Assembly: GCA_002633005.1 (NCBI GenBank)
Contig: NMRA01000351.1
Coordinates: 173,258-237,257, forward strand
DNA from: Phoronis australis
Lineage: Eukaryota; Animalia; Phoronida
Length of the DNA stretch: 64,000 bases
Direction of reading: 5' to 3'
This document shows, one piece after another, positions 1-14,000 of this stretch. The translations under genes and the position numbers were made by a program. Every line of letters begins with the position of its first letter. Positions within the stretch are counted from its first letter, which is position 1. Under the pieces are notes generated by a model. The model was given only the letters and a program-made list of their open reading frames with translations, was not told the origin of the DNA and made no database searches.

Positions 1-1035
1 TTTCAAAAGGCGGCAGCACATGACGACCATAGGTGTCATTATAAAATGGCTGCCGAAAACCAATGCACAGTTGAACAACTCGGCTTAAGTAAAAGAAAAC
101 GTTTGAATCAACGAATACTATATATTTGTGAGAGTTAAATCAAGTCCTATTCAGATCATAACTTTGAAGTGGAATAATTGGGTGAGTAAGACAACAAGCC
201 GGTTTTATGCTTAGGCGGACGACTATAGGGTTTCGGAGTGTACAAAGTATTACAATATAAACTACCGATGCAAAAAGGGACAAACTAAAATCTAGGTATG
301 GATTAATAAGAATGGTATAATCCAAACATTAACATGTTTGATACAACAAAGTAAAAATGAATGAATATGTTGTGCATTATATTATACCATAAGAAGAACA
401 GCAATGCAAAGAAAAAAATAAAAATAAAATGGCTACGGAGGCGTAACTATATGGTTGAAATTCATTGCACTGCGCTGGGAAACAAGAATCAGCGGTGGTA
501 GGTAAGACACATACTTCTAATACTTTAAAATTCTAAAACTTTAATGATGCTGAGATGGTCAGATTCTTCAGTTTAAAATTGAGCATTTTCTGAATAGTTT
601 TGTAACATGTGAGTTCTTGCAGCTGACGAGAAGGCGTGAATGAATTGAACGAATATCTTTTCAATTACGTTTTGTGGAATTATGTAACAATTAATAGGTT
701 ATGGACGAAAGTTACGCGGATAATGTTTCGATATGTTTCAAAAGAAGAGTACACGAATTTGGGCTATTTCTTGTAACTTTGCTATTCCCAAACAGTCCAA
801 CAGACTTCCTAATAAATTCGCTACCCGACATCACGGCCCCGTGTCTAATCTTTGTACTTGAAATCAAAGTCAAAATTATTCACGACAATTTCCCTTCTAC
901 TTTCGTCCAAATTCAGGATAACTTTCTGTTATATTGGGCACTTGAGTGAATTGTGGTGTTGTCCGGAGTGGACTGACACTGTTCGTAGTTTTATTAATTT
1001 GATCTATTGTTCTGCTTGTGTTATTGATTGGCATG

Positions 1036-1038
<3 letters not shown>

Positions 1039-1101
<63 letters not shown>
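1039..1101. repeat. (CA)n directly joined to (GT)n: palindromic microsatellite
   Basis: Seen directly, centre cacgtg at about 1065-1070. Confidence 0.95.
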
Positions 1102-1103
<2 letters not shown>

Positions 1104-4100
1104 CATAATTTATTTCTAATCTTTATGTATATGTAAATCATGTGTGTGTAAGGTAACTTTCAGGAACAACTGAGACGATTGAAAACTCAAAAATGTTGCT
1201 TCAGAAACCCATGATTCATATAGCTTTGTAGTGCTCAGGTAACAGGTATAGCTGAGCCTTTCGACGCTATAATCGTTAACCCCAAATGTGAATTTTTACT
1301 GTTGCACAGAGTGTTTCATTTAAAGTTGCATTGCCAGTGTATGTATCAGAACTATTTTGCTTTTCACCAAAATACAGCGCTCCACTCTTATTTGCGTTTT
1401 TAAAACCTTTTGCAAATGCGCAATGAGCGACGATTTATATGCGGATTGAATTTTTCATGTATTGTCGAAATATGCGGTTGATACACTCAGGTGACAAACT
1501 AAAGCAAACGTCAGATGAGGTGCTGTCTCGCTACATAACTTGACCACTTCGTTTTCGTGCATGTATAGCATTACTGCCAGACACGCAGTCATCTTTCGTC
1601 TTTCATAAGTTTAGGAAATTTTGGCTTGTTTCTTAGCAGCACGTATACAAATCACTCTACTTCATGAAAAGAATCCAACGTTCATATTCTCGCTCGTCGA
1701 CATTGGGCAACTTGACTGTTTTGCGTACCTCAAAATCCGCCGCATTGGTCAAAGTTACCATGTTGTTTTAAGTAAATGCATCGCTTCAGGCTGATGATTT
1801 TATTGTTCTCTAGATAATCACATCCCTCATAGATACACTAGGAGTGACAATCCTATGTTCAACTTTTCGTTTTAAAGTTTTTAAGTAGCATATTTGAATT
1901 CTTCGTGAAAAAATACGTAATGAGGGTTTTAAATTTTATAAATGGGACAACAAATGGGACAGTTACGACGTAAAACTCTAATACTGAGGCATACCGATCA
2001 CAAATTTACAGTAGCAACAAGGATGACGGAAACGACGTTGTTTCCGTCTCATTTTTTGAAATTAGGATATCATTACTGTTAACATGCTGACTATTATTGG
2101 AACATTCTTGGAAGCGAGTTCTAGTTTGAAGCAACACACAAAAGAGCTCACATCTCAACTGATTACTCCATGAACTGAATGCAGGTTATGTATTTGTAAC
2201 AGTCGATTTCGGATCACTGACGCACGTTCGAATAAAAAATGTTGTGAAACATCAACTGTAGGTACAGCGAACTTTGTGACTTTTAATCATTTGTCTAGAC
2301 TGGCCAGGCGAGGTCTGTATAATCATACTGCTTAAACTTCGTTTTGACACGCGCTTTGAGATTATTTGATATGCATTGCTCACTTTGATGATTTTCAACT
2401 TATGTTCGTTATTGTTGTTGCTGCCGATGAGGTGGTGATGCATACCGTTATTTCAACTACGCCCACAGTGACGTGAAATGATGTCTTTAAAGACTTCAAC
2501 AACAAACACTGAATTGACGTTCACAAGTTCATCTTGTCCACGCGTCGATAACATGAGATGAAATTTTTATTCATGTTTCATGTATGTGCTGACAAGTGAA
2601 TATTTTCAGAAAATAAGCACAGCCCTTTAAAACACTCCTTCGTGCTTAATAAATTTTCTGTAGCCAGGTGGTTAGCCCGCATCAAATCAACGTCTACTGT
2701 AAATCACCGATAGTTTTCAGTAACAATTGTAACTGCTCCTCAGACTTCGTCTCCGGACAACATGCTCAGATTAAAAAAGACGAATTGATATCTCACTTGA
2801 TGTGTACATTGTGTACATTTACTACAGAAACTAGCTGAAAATGGCTTCATTAAATACCCACACGGGTTATAAAAGTCTGGAATATCCCCGAATTAAACGT
2901 AATGTACGAATCCTTTTGGGTAGTAGTTTCCATTAATAGCCTGCACATTGTTCCTCCTTGTTCTTGTGTTCTTGCTTTAACAGTATCTTCCTGCTCGTCG
3001 TCTAAATTCTCTTTCTCTCCTTTGTTCTTCTTTAAAAGCTCATTCACATTCACCCCCTCGTTCGTCATCGTCTCATTCTCCTACTCCAGTATTTCCTTCT
3101 TCATAATAGCCTTCTTCATAAGTTCCTTCTTTTTCATCACATCGTTCTTTTTCATCATTTTCTTTGTCATCATCTTCATCTTCTTCATGACCTCGCCCTT
3201 CTTCATTATCAACTTCCTCTACCTCTTCATAGTTTCTGCTAATTCTTCCGTGGTGAATTCATTGACTTTGAGCACCAAACTTGGGGTTCCAGGATTTTTA
3301 TTTGGACTTGGAGGATGTGAGATTTGTTAAATTTCCTGGGATTAATCAAAGGAGCTTCTATGCATATGTAGGCCGGAGCATAGACCTCAACCGTTAAGAT
3401 AGAGCTTCAAATTACCATTTTCCGATATGACGACGACACGATGAAATCAATACGCATTGTCGGTAGATGGCAATAGGGTAGATGTTGAAAACCTGTCTGC
3501 TTTCATGTGTGGGTAAAATGCAATTCTTTGGAAATAGCGTGACGTCAAATTGCCACTTTTGTGCCCTGTAATATTCAAGCGATTCTCATAAAACGTGCAA
3601 CGTATCAAAATGACCACAAATGGAAGAAGTTGCATGCCACCCCAGCAAACTTGCACACTAGATTTTACTGAACAACTGGCAAAGCAACAGACACTATTAC
3701 AGCATTGAAGAGTAGAGCTTTTCTAATGCATTGGTGAATTTTGCGTAGTTAACACAGTGAAAATTGAATATGGCGATTCAAAAATGTTAAAGATCTCCGA
3801 AGTTTAGGCGATCCCTATTCTCGCAATGTTGTAAACTAATCATTGTGAACAATTTCGAGCTCTTCATGGACTTATACGCATGATTGATTTCTCAAAATGA
3901 ACGTCATGTTATTTGCTTATCTCCTTATCTCTCAGTGAGTTTACCACGGGTTTGTCTACCCAAAATATTACATTTTCTTTATCACCCACTTGTGTGCCCG
4001 CATTGGGTGATGGTAAAAATGTAATAAAATGCATTCGTTTTTTGTATTGTTTTCAAAACACGCATTTCAGTTTATTTTTCAGTAAATATCACGTCACTAA

Positions 4101-4931
4101 GTCATTGTACCACAGAATCACATGCATTGCGTCGTTTTGGTTAAAATTTAATTTCAATTGTTATTATAAAACTTGTATTTTATTCGTCATTAAAGATTAG
4201 TCGCACTCCAGCAGTTTAACCAACGAAAACAACATGTGCGCCACTTCTCCATCCGACTGTGTTCATCCGCTAAATTATTTAGTCTTGAATTATTATCTGT
4301 GCTAGGGACGCCTGAAGGTTCCGAGCTATTCGTTGGATATTGTTTCTGTCCAACTAACAAATTTAAAGTTTGTTCTATCTGATGGATGTGGGTGCCGTGG
4401 CCGTACGGTGAAGCATAACTCAAGTCTTTGTCCCAACTTCTAATTGACAAGCAGCTTCGTATAATGGTTTGTGAGGATAGTCGTTGAATGCGTATGCATT
4501 GTAAGATCGGATTTACGATAGCTGTTTCGTTCTTATCGACAAATGCGTCCAGCATTTGTAGTGGTCAACTTGTCACTGTCAGTTTTACGATCGGGCGTAC
4601 AACGTTTCATAAACGGACCTCTGTAGTGGCGCACATTTCAAAGTGCACGGTAAAGACAGTCACCGCGCAATTTCTTATCGATTTGAAACAAAACAGGTTT
4701 ATTAATTTCTGGTGGTTATATTGACTTGTCAAGAGAAATGTTTCTAAGAGGAGCGTAAGAACGTCAGGCTATCAAAGTTGTTAAAGAAAGGAAGGAAAAC
4801 ATTTGGAACGCTCTCTCTTGCCATGCATATATGCCATCTTTAAACTATTTCGAACTTGTCTGGCGTCAATAGTTTCGTAGAGCGTAGACTATTTTTTATT
4901 TCAAGTCCGCGAGAATAAGCGTTGCTTGCCG

Positions 4932-5011
4932 ATGATCGGATTCGAGAAGTATCTATTCATAGTCCTCATAACGCTTTTTAAGCTAATCCAGGATGTGAAC
5001 ACGCACGGAAG
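4932..5011 (+). CDS. SCO-spondin-like exon 1 (start codon and signal peptide)
   Basis: MIGFEKYLFIVLITLFKLIQDVNTHG+ag|gtaata; hydrophobic core; phase 2 matches exon 2. Confidence 0.7.
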
Positions 5012-8000
5012 GTAATACTTGCGTTTTTAATGTTTGACTTCAATTTAAAGGAATTCCGCTTTCTCATGACTTCTGAACTAGTTAGCACTACATATACTTC
5101 ATGGCAAATATTATGTAATTAATTTTGAGCATCATGCTTGGAAATTTAATTTCCTGTCTTAACACGATAATGATTAAGGAAATGGAAATCCTTGTAATCT
5201 GTCCAAATTTGGCTTCGAAATACTGCACCTCAGGGATGGCTTATCGGATTCATAGGAAACTTTGAAATACTTTATGCACTATTATCCTAAGTCTCATAGG
5301 AATTGTTTCTACAATGTTCCACTTGGGCATGATGGGCTTTCAAGAATAGCATTGTTTATTTTTGGAGAAAAAAACAAAAATTCTATAACAGGAAATTGAA
5401 ATAGTTGTTCAGAAAACTGTAACATCTTTTTGCGAATTCGTCTTGAGCATTGACATTGAACGAGATTTGGTCATGTTAGTGGTCGTCTTGCGCATTGATA
5501 TTGAACGAGATTTGGTCATGTTAGTGTTGCTGTTGTTTCGCTACAAATCAATCTCTTTTTGCTAACTTCGAATGCAACGACATGTTCCCGTTACCCACTT
5601 AAAGGGCAAATCGTATTAAATTACAAATCAAATTCTAATTGCCTTCTAATTTCAAAAATATATACTTTTCACGAATAAATTTCAAATCTATCGTTTTGCA
5701 AAACTGGCTAACTACACAGACATGACTATAAGTGCTTTCATTACTATAAAATCTATACGTCTCAAAACGTTTAAAGCTCTCCAACAATGAATATTTGCAC
5801 TTTTTGAAGTTTAAGACCGTGTATACTAATTTTATAACATAAAGAAGTAGAAATGATTGAAGAATTTTGAATTTTAAAGAAAAAATAATGATTTTTTTGG
5901 TTTCCCGCCACGTGATGTCATCAGTGGAAGCCGTAGATCACTTAACAGCATTTATGCAATGGCGGATAGCAGAGATTTTGTAAGTTACGAAGACTTAGGG
6001 AGCGAGTTTGAGGAGTATTTCTCACTGGAAGGGGAGGGGGACGAATACGACTCTCAGGTCGTAGGTGAAACATCACAGTAAGTTAGACCTTGTCGTATTG
6101 GCACACTGTCACTTGCGTTTGAGGCCATATGAACTCGACCCTCTCGGAGCCTATCAAGTTTGCAGACAGTCCTGATTTCAAAGCTGGCATTTACGGGTGG
6201 TAATAATACCCTTTTAATGAATTACGATTTGATTTTCTAATAATATATATATGTCTTGAACTGTAGACCTGAGTCAAAGCCCAGTTCCGAATGCTGCGGA
6301 TACTGGATTTCAGGAACGATGATATCTGATTGTTGTTATGCTAACTGAATTTTATTTCTGGTAAATGATACTCGGTTCTAAGATGTTCCTAAGAGGACAT
6401 CGCGTGTTTCCTTTTTGATTATTCCAGGATCTCGGGATCCAGACTTAATTATTTCAGGAACTTAAGATCCCGACTTCATTATGTCGGGATTTCAGGATCT
6501 CAAGACCTCGACTTCATTATCTCTGAGTCTCAATTCTATCAACACAGTTTAATTTCAAATGTCCACCGGTCTCATTTAGTAAATCGTGTTTTTACAACGA
6601 ATACTCAAAGTAGTTTGTATAAAAACACCTTGTAAACCACATTAAATGCATGATCAGGGGCGTCGAGAGGGGGTGGAAAGGAGGACCCACAACCATGGGG
6701 CCCGTGGCAGTTAAAAACCCGTCGGTGAAGAAACAAAAAGGCCCAACAAAAACACAAGTTCCAGAAGTTTGGGCTGGTCAGGCTCAGTTGGACAAGGAAA
6801 ATAACTCAGAAACCGACGGGCGCCCTTAAAATTTAACGAGAAAAGTTGCCACGTACATGTGTGCTACTGTTGACAGCTGGTAAAGGAAGAGACGATGTAG
6901 TTCACGTGACTGCATATTGTACAACTGCGTATCATATGGGATGCAAGCAAGTAATGGTTCTAAGCATAAACTGATATTTCAGTGGCATCCTTGCCAAAAA
7001 GTAACTGAATACCACCCGAGAAAAACTATTATATTAAAGCTGGCAGTTCCTACTAAAACTGTACTCCAAGAATAATTTTACGCAAAACATCTATTTCTGA
7101 GCCAAGATATTATGATGGGCAGATCACTTTGTCAAATAGTTTAAGTGGCAGTTTCACTGGAAATTGTCAACATTTAAGTTAAATGACTCAACTTTCAACG
7201 TTTGTAAAATCACATGCGATCCTATTTGTAGTGAAACCTGTTAAAACGCTTATAGTCTCAACGAAGTGACAATTTTAATAAAAACATTTTTCAACTTCAA
7301 AATGTTTCGATGTCTCATACATCATCATCAGGACAAGTAATCAAGGTCACCTACAATCTTAAACCATAGCTAACAGGATGCATCACACCTACAATCTTAA
7401 ACCATAGCTAACAGGATGCATCACACCAACAATCTTAAACCATAGCTAACAGGATGCATCACACCAACAAAACGCCAATTGCAACTCTTATGTTAAGAAC
7501 TTCCGTCTGTCAACAGTCCAGCTAAGTACATGATCTGAGGAAAGGACAGAACTTAAGATTCATTACGTCACAACAGAGTAAGGTGTCTGATGTTAATGGG
7601 ATGATTTTAGAGATACCTTTACCCCCTAAAACTGTTACTTTTGCTGGCTAAAAATAGAATTAGCTGTTATAAAGTCGGTCTCACACGAGGGGCCGTGTTT
7701 TCTGTTACCAAGAATATTCCTATTTTGGCAGAGATGAAGCTGTTAGAGTTCTTTTCAACTTAGGGCTATGGCAAAAAGAAACTGTGGGTAACGCTCAGGA
7801 ATTGCTTTGGTGTCATTATTATTAGGAAACTTCGCGTTTGTTGTCAAAACTAGGGCTCGTACGTCGTGACTGGTTTCATAGACCGCCAAATATCGATGCC
7901 AGGGCAGCGATATGGTTATAATTCATGCATCACAAATGTGTGAACTAATCGCTTAGTGGCGAAACGAAAAACTGTGAATCATTCTTTCTGCTGTCGATCC

Positions 8001-11000
8001 CGATTGTGTGGCAATGCGACGCGCCAGAAGACATTTTACGTACGGCGACACACTGAGGAAAATTATCTGGGGATCTCGAGATCCCGAGATAATTAAAAAA
8101 TAAATGCGCGATGTCAACTTTGAGCCACCGTAGGTTCTGTCTTGTCTGTTTCAAAATTCATGAAAGCTTTATAAGGTTGTGATTCGTCGATTATTTGGGT
8201 AGAGTGCCCGACTACTGCCTCTGTGCCCCTCTGCGGTCGTGACCTCAGACTATTTGCTTGGCATCTACATTCAATTTTCTACTATTGAACATTGACGGAT
8301 ATGTGAATAGCATGAATTCCCTCAAAATCTCGAACAAGAACAGACTGACGAAAAACTTCTTACTACAGTCACATTGACCATTTCTGTTACCATGCTATTT
8401 TAAGGCTGAAACTCAATATGTGCTTGAAAACCACGTTCCAGCTACGGTACAGTACAATACAGTACATCGTTTTTGCCCACCAACACTGATCGAATGCACT
8501 CACAGGGTGGCAAACCATCAAATCTCCGTTTCTGCGACGAGTCGAAGTAAGATTTTTCAAACGGGGCAGAGCACAGAGCGGTGGGCCCTGGACCGGTTGC
8601 TTGCTCCGATGTGTTGCCTACTGCCATACCGGCCGAGTCGACGGACGAACCTGTGGCATTTCTGGGCGATCTTAGTGTCTTTTGGGAACAGAAAAAATGA
8701 AATGTTGTCTGTCCAATTGCTGCTAATGCATCCTCTGCTCACGGTTCTCTTCGGCCACGACTGGTGTAGAACAACACACTGGCGGAGTCCGTAGTACCAC
8801 TGGTGACGTCACACAAACTTCCAATCTCTTTAAATTTTGTGTTTATTTCTTGAGTAAAACTACACAGATTAAAGACGAAATACTTAAAATATCATCAAAT
8901 ATCAAATTGTTAGTAACCGATTCCAAGCATCTATGACCATGGTGTGAAGGGTTTAAATTCCTGTGACTCAGAAATGCATAAAAGAATACTTCTAAATTAG
9001 GTTTCATGATAATGTTCAAAATACCCAAACACGGTCGTTCTTTTCTGTCTACGCCAGCTCTTTCCTATTCGCAATGACGTTGAAGCAGATTATCTCATAT
9101 TATCAGCACGTCCACAATTCGGTGAAATCTGATGCTAGTGAATCAGTAGACATGGTTAGATTAGTAAGGTCATGGCCTGGAGATGAATAGTTTCCAACCT
9201 TCACTTCACCTTCAATCGCCGATACATCTGACAGATGTTTAATAGAGCTTAGAAAAGAGAGGAGCCTTATTACACTACTAGGAAAGTGATTTACCGTGTA
9301 GCTAACACATCACCAAGGCGCCACCGTGTAGCTAACACATCTTCAAGGCGCCACCGTGTAGCTAACACATCACCAAGGCGCCACCGTGTAGCTAACACAT
9401 CACCAAGGCGCCACCGTGTAGCTAACACATCACCAAGGCGCCACCGTGTAGCTAGCACATCACCAAGGCGCCATTATTTTATCTATCTACACAACTTTAA
9501 CTGGTTCTTTAAACATCTGCAACTGAGTTTTTTGATGTATTAAAATTGGTTAAGAGTTGAGTATTAAATTTTCTGAAAGCACTTCAGAAGAGTAAGTGAC
9601 TAAGCCAATTTTGTTTAAGAGGTTAACTAGATCTGAAGTACAATGCATTTTTGTATTTAACGCTGTAAAAGATCTTATTGACTAACCTGTAGAATTTGTT
9701 TGATTACTCGATACCAATGGGTCATTAAATGTGACACGTGGTAATGTCCTTTTACATATTTTTTTCAAAAACAAAGGTACATTCATAACAAGACAACGCT
9801 ATCAATACCATGACCAAAATTAAGTGATATAGATCCTCAAGTTAAAAATCTTAAAACGTATTTACAGACTTGTTCTTTTTGTTTTATGCTATTGTTAATT
9901 TTTTCCTAAAACTCATATGATGAAGGTCCGATTTTTTGATAGCCGACGCTCATGTAAAAGCAGAACATTTTGAAACGTAACTCTTACAGTATGTTAGAGA
10001 ATAACTTACACAGCAAAGTAGCTACACGTCTCATCAATCAGCTATTTTAAGATATGTTCCTACTTTTCTAAGGGACTGCATCACGTTAAATGCGTTAAGA
10101 ATAGATTTCTTTCGTTTCTTCTTAAGCTACTGGTGTAAACTATTGAAGAAAAATAAAACTAGTTCCAGTATTTTGCCCTTATTTTACAAGGAATTGAATA
10201 AATCATTGTTTAAAACCGTGTAAGGTCAGTAGAAATGTCACGTCATTTTTATGTTCAGGGTGTCCCAAAAATGTATTCAGGCTTCAGTACAACGCCGCGA
10301 AATCACACTTAGTTCCGTTGGGTCATATTCTACGCCCGGGTCTGCGGTACGAAAAACTTGCGATCCGTCACGTGTTGCGGGCAGTATGTATGGAAATGGC
10401 AAAGGGCTCGCGTTTGGGAAGGATATTTCTCTCAATTCTACGGGGAACTCCTAAATGCCGATGAAATAACAAGAGACTTATTTTGGTTCAAAACCCAGTC
10501 CCTTTTTGTGCACCTCTTCATGAGTGTGGATACTTTTTGAGACAACCTGTATACGCCAGGGATTCATTTGCGGTACAGCTGGCATATTTCAAATATATTG
10601 GGGGACCTGTTGTCGACCCATGAACATCTGGTGATGTCACTTACCATTTGAAAGCACGGGACTCTACAACATTCTATAAACACGACAAGCCAACACTCAC
10701 AGAAAAATAAAGGAATGCAAACGAGCCTAAAAATGTAAGTCTGCCGCACGAAAAATCTTGAGGCACGGGCCATCCCTCATGCTGTTCAAAGTCCAAACCA
10801 AAAATGCAAATTGAACTCAGGTTACACGTCCAAGTGTTGTCTGGGACTGACGTCACTGTTTCTATATGAGCAGGCAACCACCCGCAATGTATTTAGCGAA
10901 ACGACAGTAACGCCGTAGATAAAACCTACCAACTATTGCAAGCGAATCAAAACATTCGCAAAATGGATACTTTCAGGTTCACTATTTCAGTTTTTAAGTT

Positions 11001-14000
11001 TAAAGGTAGGTTTCATTCTGCAACATACATGTAAGCACTGCAATCCAGAAACTGACTATTGCGATCCCTAGTAATGCTGCACGTAGTAGTTTGTTGTTTC
11101 TAACATTAAACGGGATTGAAAAGTTACTTGGAATTTCGGTGAAGCGATCCAGTTTTGGACGGGTTGATCAACCTCATCAAAACTGCTCTTTTAATACTCT
11201 TTTCAACTGTTAACGACCAAAATAAGTCTTTAGGATGGCAATTACTTTAAATTGGATGTGGATGATTTCAAAGCATTCCATTTTCGACAGCGGTTAAGAA
11301 AGGAACTGACCCATTATGAGGACATGGTTAGACCATTTCCTGTGACCACACTCGCATTGCTCAGGATCAACATACCCGTAGGACTATACCAACTTGATGG
11401 CCCCTGAAAAAAGTCTCATGAACGAGTAAATATTTGATACAGCAACAGTCTACACTTCTTAAATCAGCATTGTTTGAAACTTTTGCTCATTAACGAGTAT
11501 TCTCACTGTATGACTTGAGTCCCTGAACTATTTTTCAAACTTCCAGAAGTTCACAATTATGACCTAAGAAGTTCACTAACCTTTGGGTACTTTAAATGTC
11601 ATGCCAGACTTCAACTATGGGCTCAACAAGCGCGTATTATTATTACTAATTCAATGCAAAGTTAAGACACTGCGCAATGCGGCCACAAACGAGTTTTACA
11701 TAATTCAACTCAAGACAGTGCACATGATCTTGTGATGTCATGTTTGAACAACTTTACCAAATTACAATAACAGTGATGTTTTCAGCAAAATGGGAGCCGT
11801 TGTCTCAAGCACGGACATCCGCTTAGAATAATATTCAGAATCCTTGTGTATTTTCAGCCATGGTCACTTCTGCGAGGTACAGCGAGTGCGCGAAGTGGAA
11901 ACCTTTCGACATGTCAGCCGACGGGAGATCTCGGGAAGTCTCGAACCATGTAGCGATTACTCAATACAAGACATCGTCAACAGACTGGGGAGCTTGTGCC
12001 AAGTTTACAAGTAAATTAGTATATAAACATAGTACATGATGATCCACAATGTTAGGTGACAGAAACGGAACATTTATTGTTTTTTCTGCACCGTTCCATC
12101 CTTTCAAACAAAATTTACCTCGATACCATCCATGGCCATTCTAATATTATATGCGCAGTGGCTACGTTTTGAAAGGTATTTGATTCATGTTATTACAACA
12201 TTTATGATCGCCACCACCATTTCGCAGCAATACTTGGAAGTTTAGATAATAGCCTGCTACGCGTTGATTGCGTAGGTTCCTTTTCGCACAGGCGAAAATT
12301 GACGTACCCTGAGCGTTTTAGAATTTTATCATCAGCGACAATGTGTCAGCGTGGCAGGCGGATGGCGTTTTTAGTGAAATGAATACAATACGACACATGG
12401 ATGTAAAGTGGGAAAGGAGACTCTTTGAAGAATATGCTCTGTCTACATGGATTGTGTTTTGAACGCAAGTCCTGACACGCGGGTCGATTATCTACGTACA
12501 TGTAGTATTCAAAAGACCGTTACTTTGGTGTTTTTCCAAGGATGGATTCTACGAAATTTTCTAGAACTCAAAATCTGAGCAATTTTGAGTCTGATTACAA
12601 ACATGTTTCTTAGATGTAGTGGAAATTTACTTGAAAAATACTGGAAATGTTTCCACCAATATTCTCATGGAACAAAACTAGTACTGTGTTATCTGCGGAG
12701 TCCAACATGAGTCACTCTGATTTACACAGCCTTTTATTTAGATCATGGTCTTGTGCATCATCCAAATACAAAAATAAACATCCGGGGCCTTTCTGTCGAA
12801 TAATCCATAACCAAATGCGGATTAATCTTTTTACTTATCTTTTATTCTGCTCCGGTGCAATCCATGTATTTCTCTTGTCTTAGAATTGTAGATAGGCTGA
12901 CGCACTAACCGGAAAACACAAAATTCGATTTTGTTTATCAAAACTGAAGGGCATCGCTTGGGGGAAGGTTTTGACTTCATTTTTTCAAGAATTCAAACTT
13001 TGTTGTGAAAACTCGTTCGCTTATATTATTAATTATTTTCAATCTTAAACAACCCAAAACCAATCAAAATGGCAAAACCAGGGATAAGGCAACTTTAAAG
13101 ATTGCAATTCAATCATAGGATGTTATTATTATCGTCATAATTGCCAATATCATTGTTATTTATGGGCGGGATGCCTACTGAAAAGTGTGATTGGATTTCT
13201 GTTCTCGACCAGTGGACTAGACTGTTTGCACGGTCAGGAGAAGGTCCCCTATGCGAGTCAAGGTCGGGACAGAAATCCTTTTAGACTTATACTCATTAGG
13301 TCACGTAATGTGACCAACAGGTGGCGTGCTGACTAGACTTAAAAATGTTTGCAATATCGTTATGCTCAATTGATGCATGAAGGCGTTTTCTCGGTCAGTG
13401 ACTTTACCAGACATAGAGAGTTGTGAGCGTGTGATAACATATAGCTTCTTCGTTAACAGCCAAGCACAGTCTTTTGTCTCGTATGACAACAGGCAGGCCA
13501 ATTATCTACCAGGCTTATTACAGACCACGTGTGAACACAGTCAAACCCAGAGCGAATTAGTACATTAGGAAAGAACAGGTTGTCGTAACTTCGGTTGTAG
13601 TTGGGCGATTCAAAAACTAAACATGATCAGCATTTAACGAGCATTTCAGAAATGATATTGGTTTATGTTCAAATATTTTATAACTTAACTTTTATTTTTA
13701 ACAGCACAGCCCAGTCAGGCTGCATAAGATCTTATTGGAGATTAGAACAATTATCGAACAAAAAGAGAGCTGGCCCTCCAACCTTAAATGCCAGAATGGA
13801 GTTAATCAGTCGTGTAAGATATTGGCTACACGGGTCATCTTCCCGACTTGTTGTTGGGCTATAGAATCGAACAAGTTGGAGCAACGGAAAAACGCCGTAA
13901 TGTATACCCAAAGCACCGTGACATTCACTCGTGGTCATACAAATGAAAGAAATTTAAAACGTTCCGTCAGAAATAAGCGGTTGGTTAATTTCTGTTGCAC

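Noticed and set aside
4190-4555. 121-aa minus-strand ORF as a divergently transcribed gene
   Set aside because: No recognisable motif, in-frame stops just upstream, no clear splice sites; cannot be supported
9293-9472. 30-bp repeats as a CRISPR array or a repeat protein (ORF 9286-9543)
   Set aside because: Units are contiguous with no unique spacers, there are no cas genes, and the context is a eukaryotic intron; it is a minisatellite
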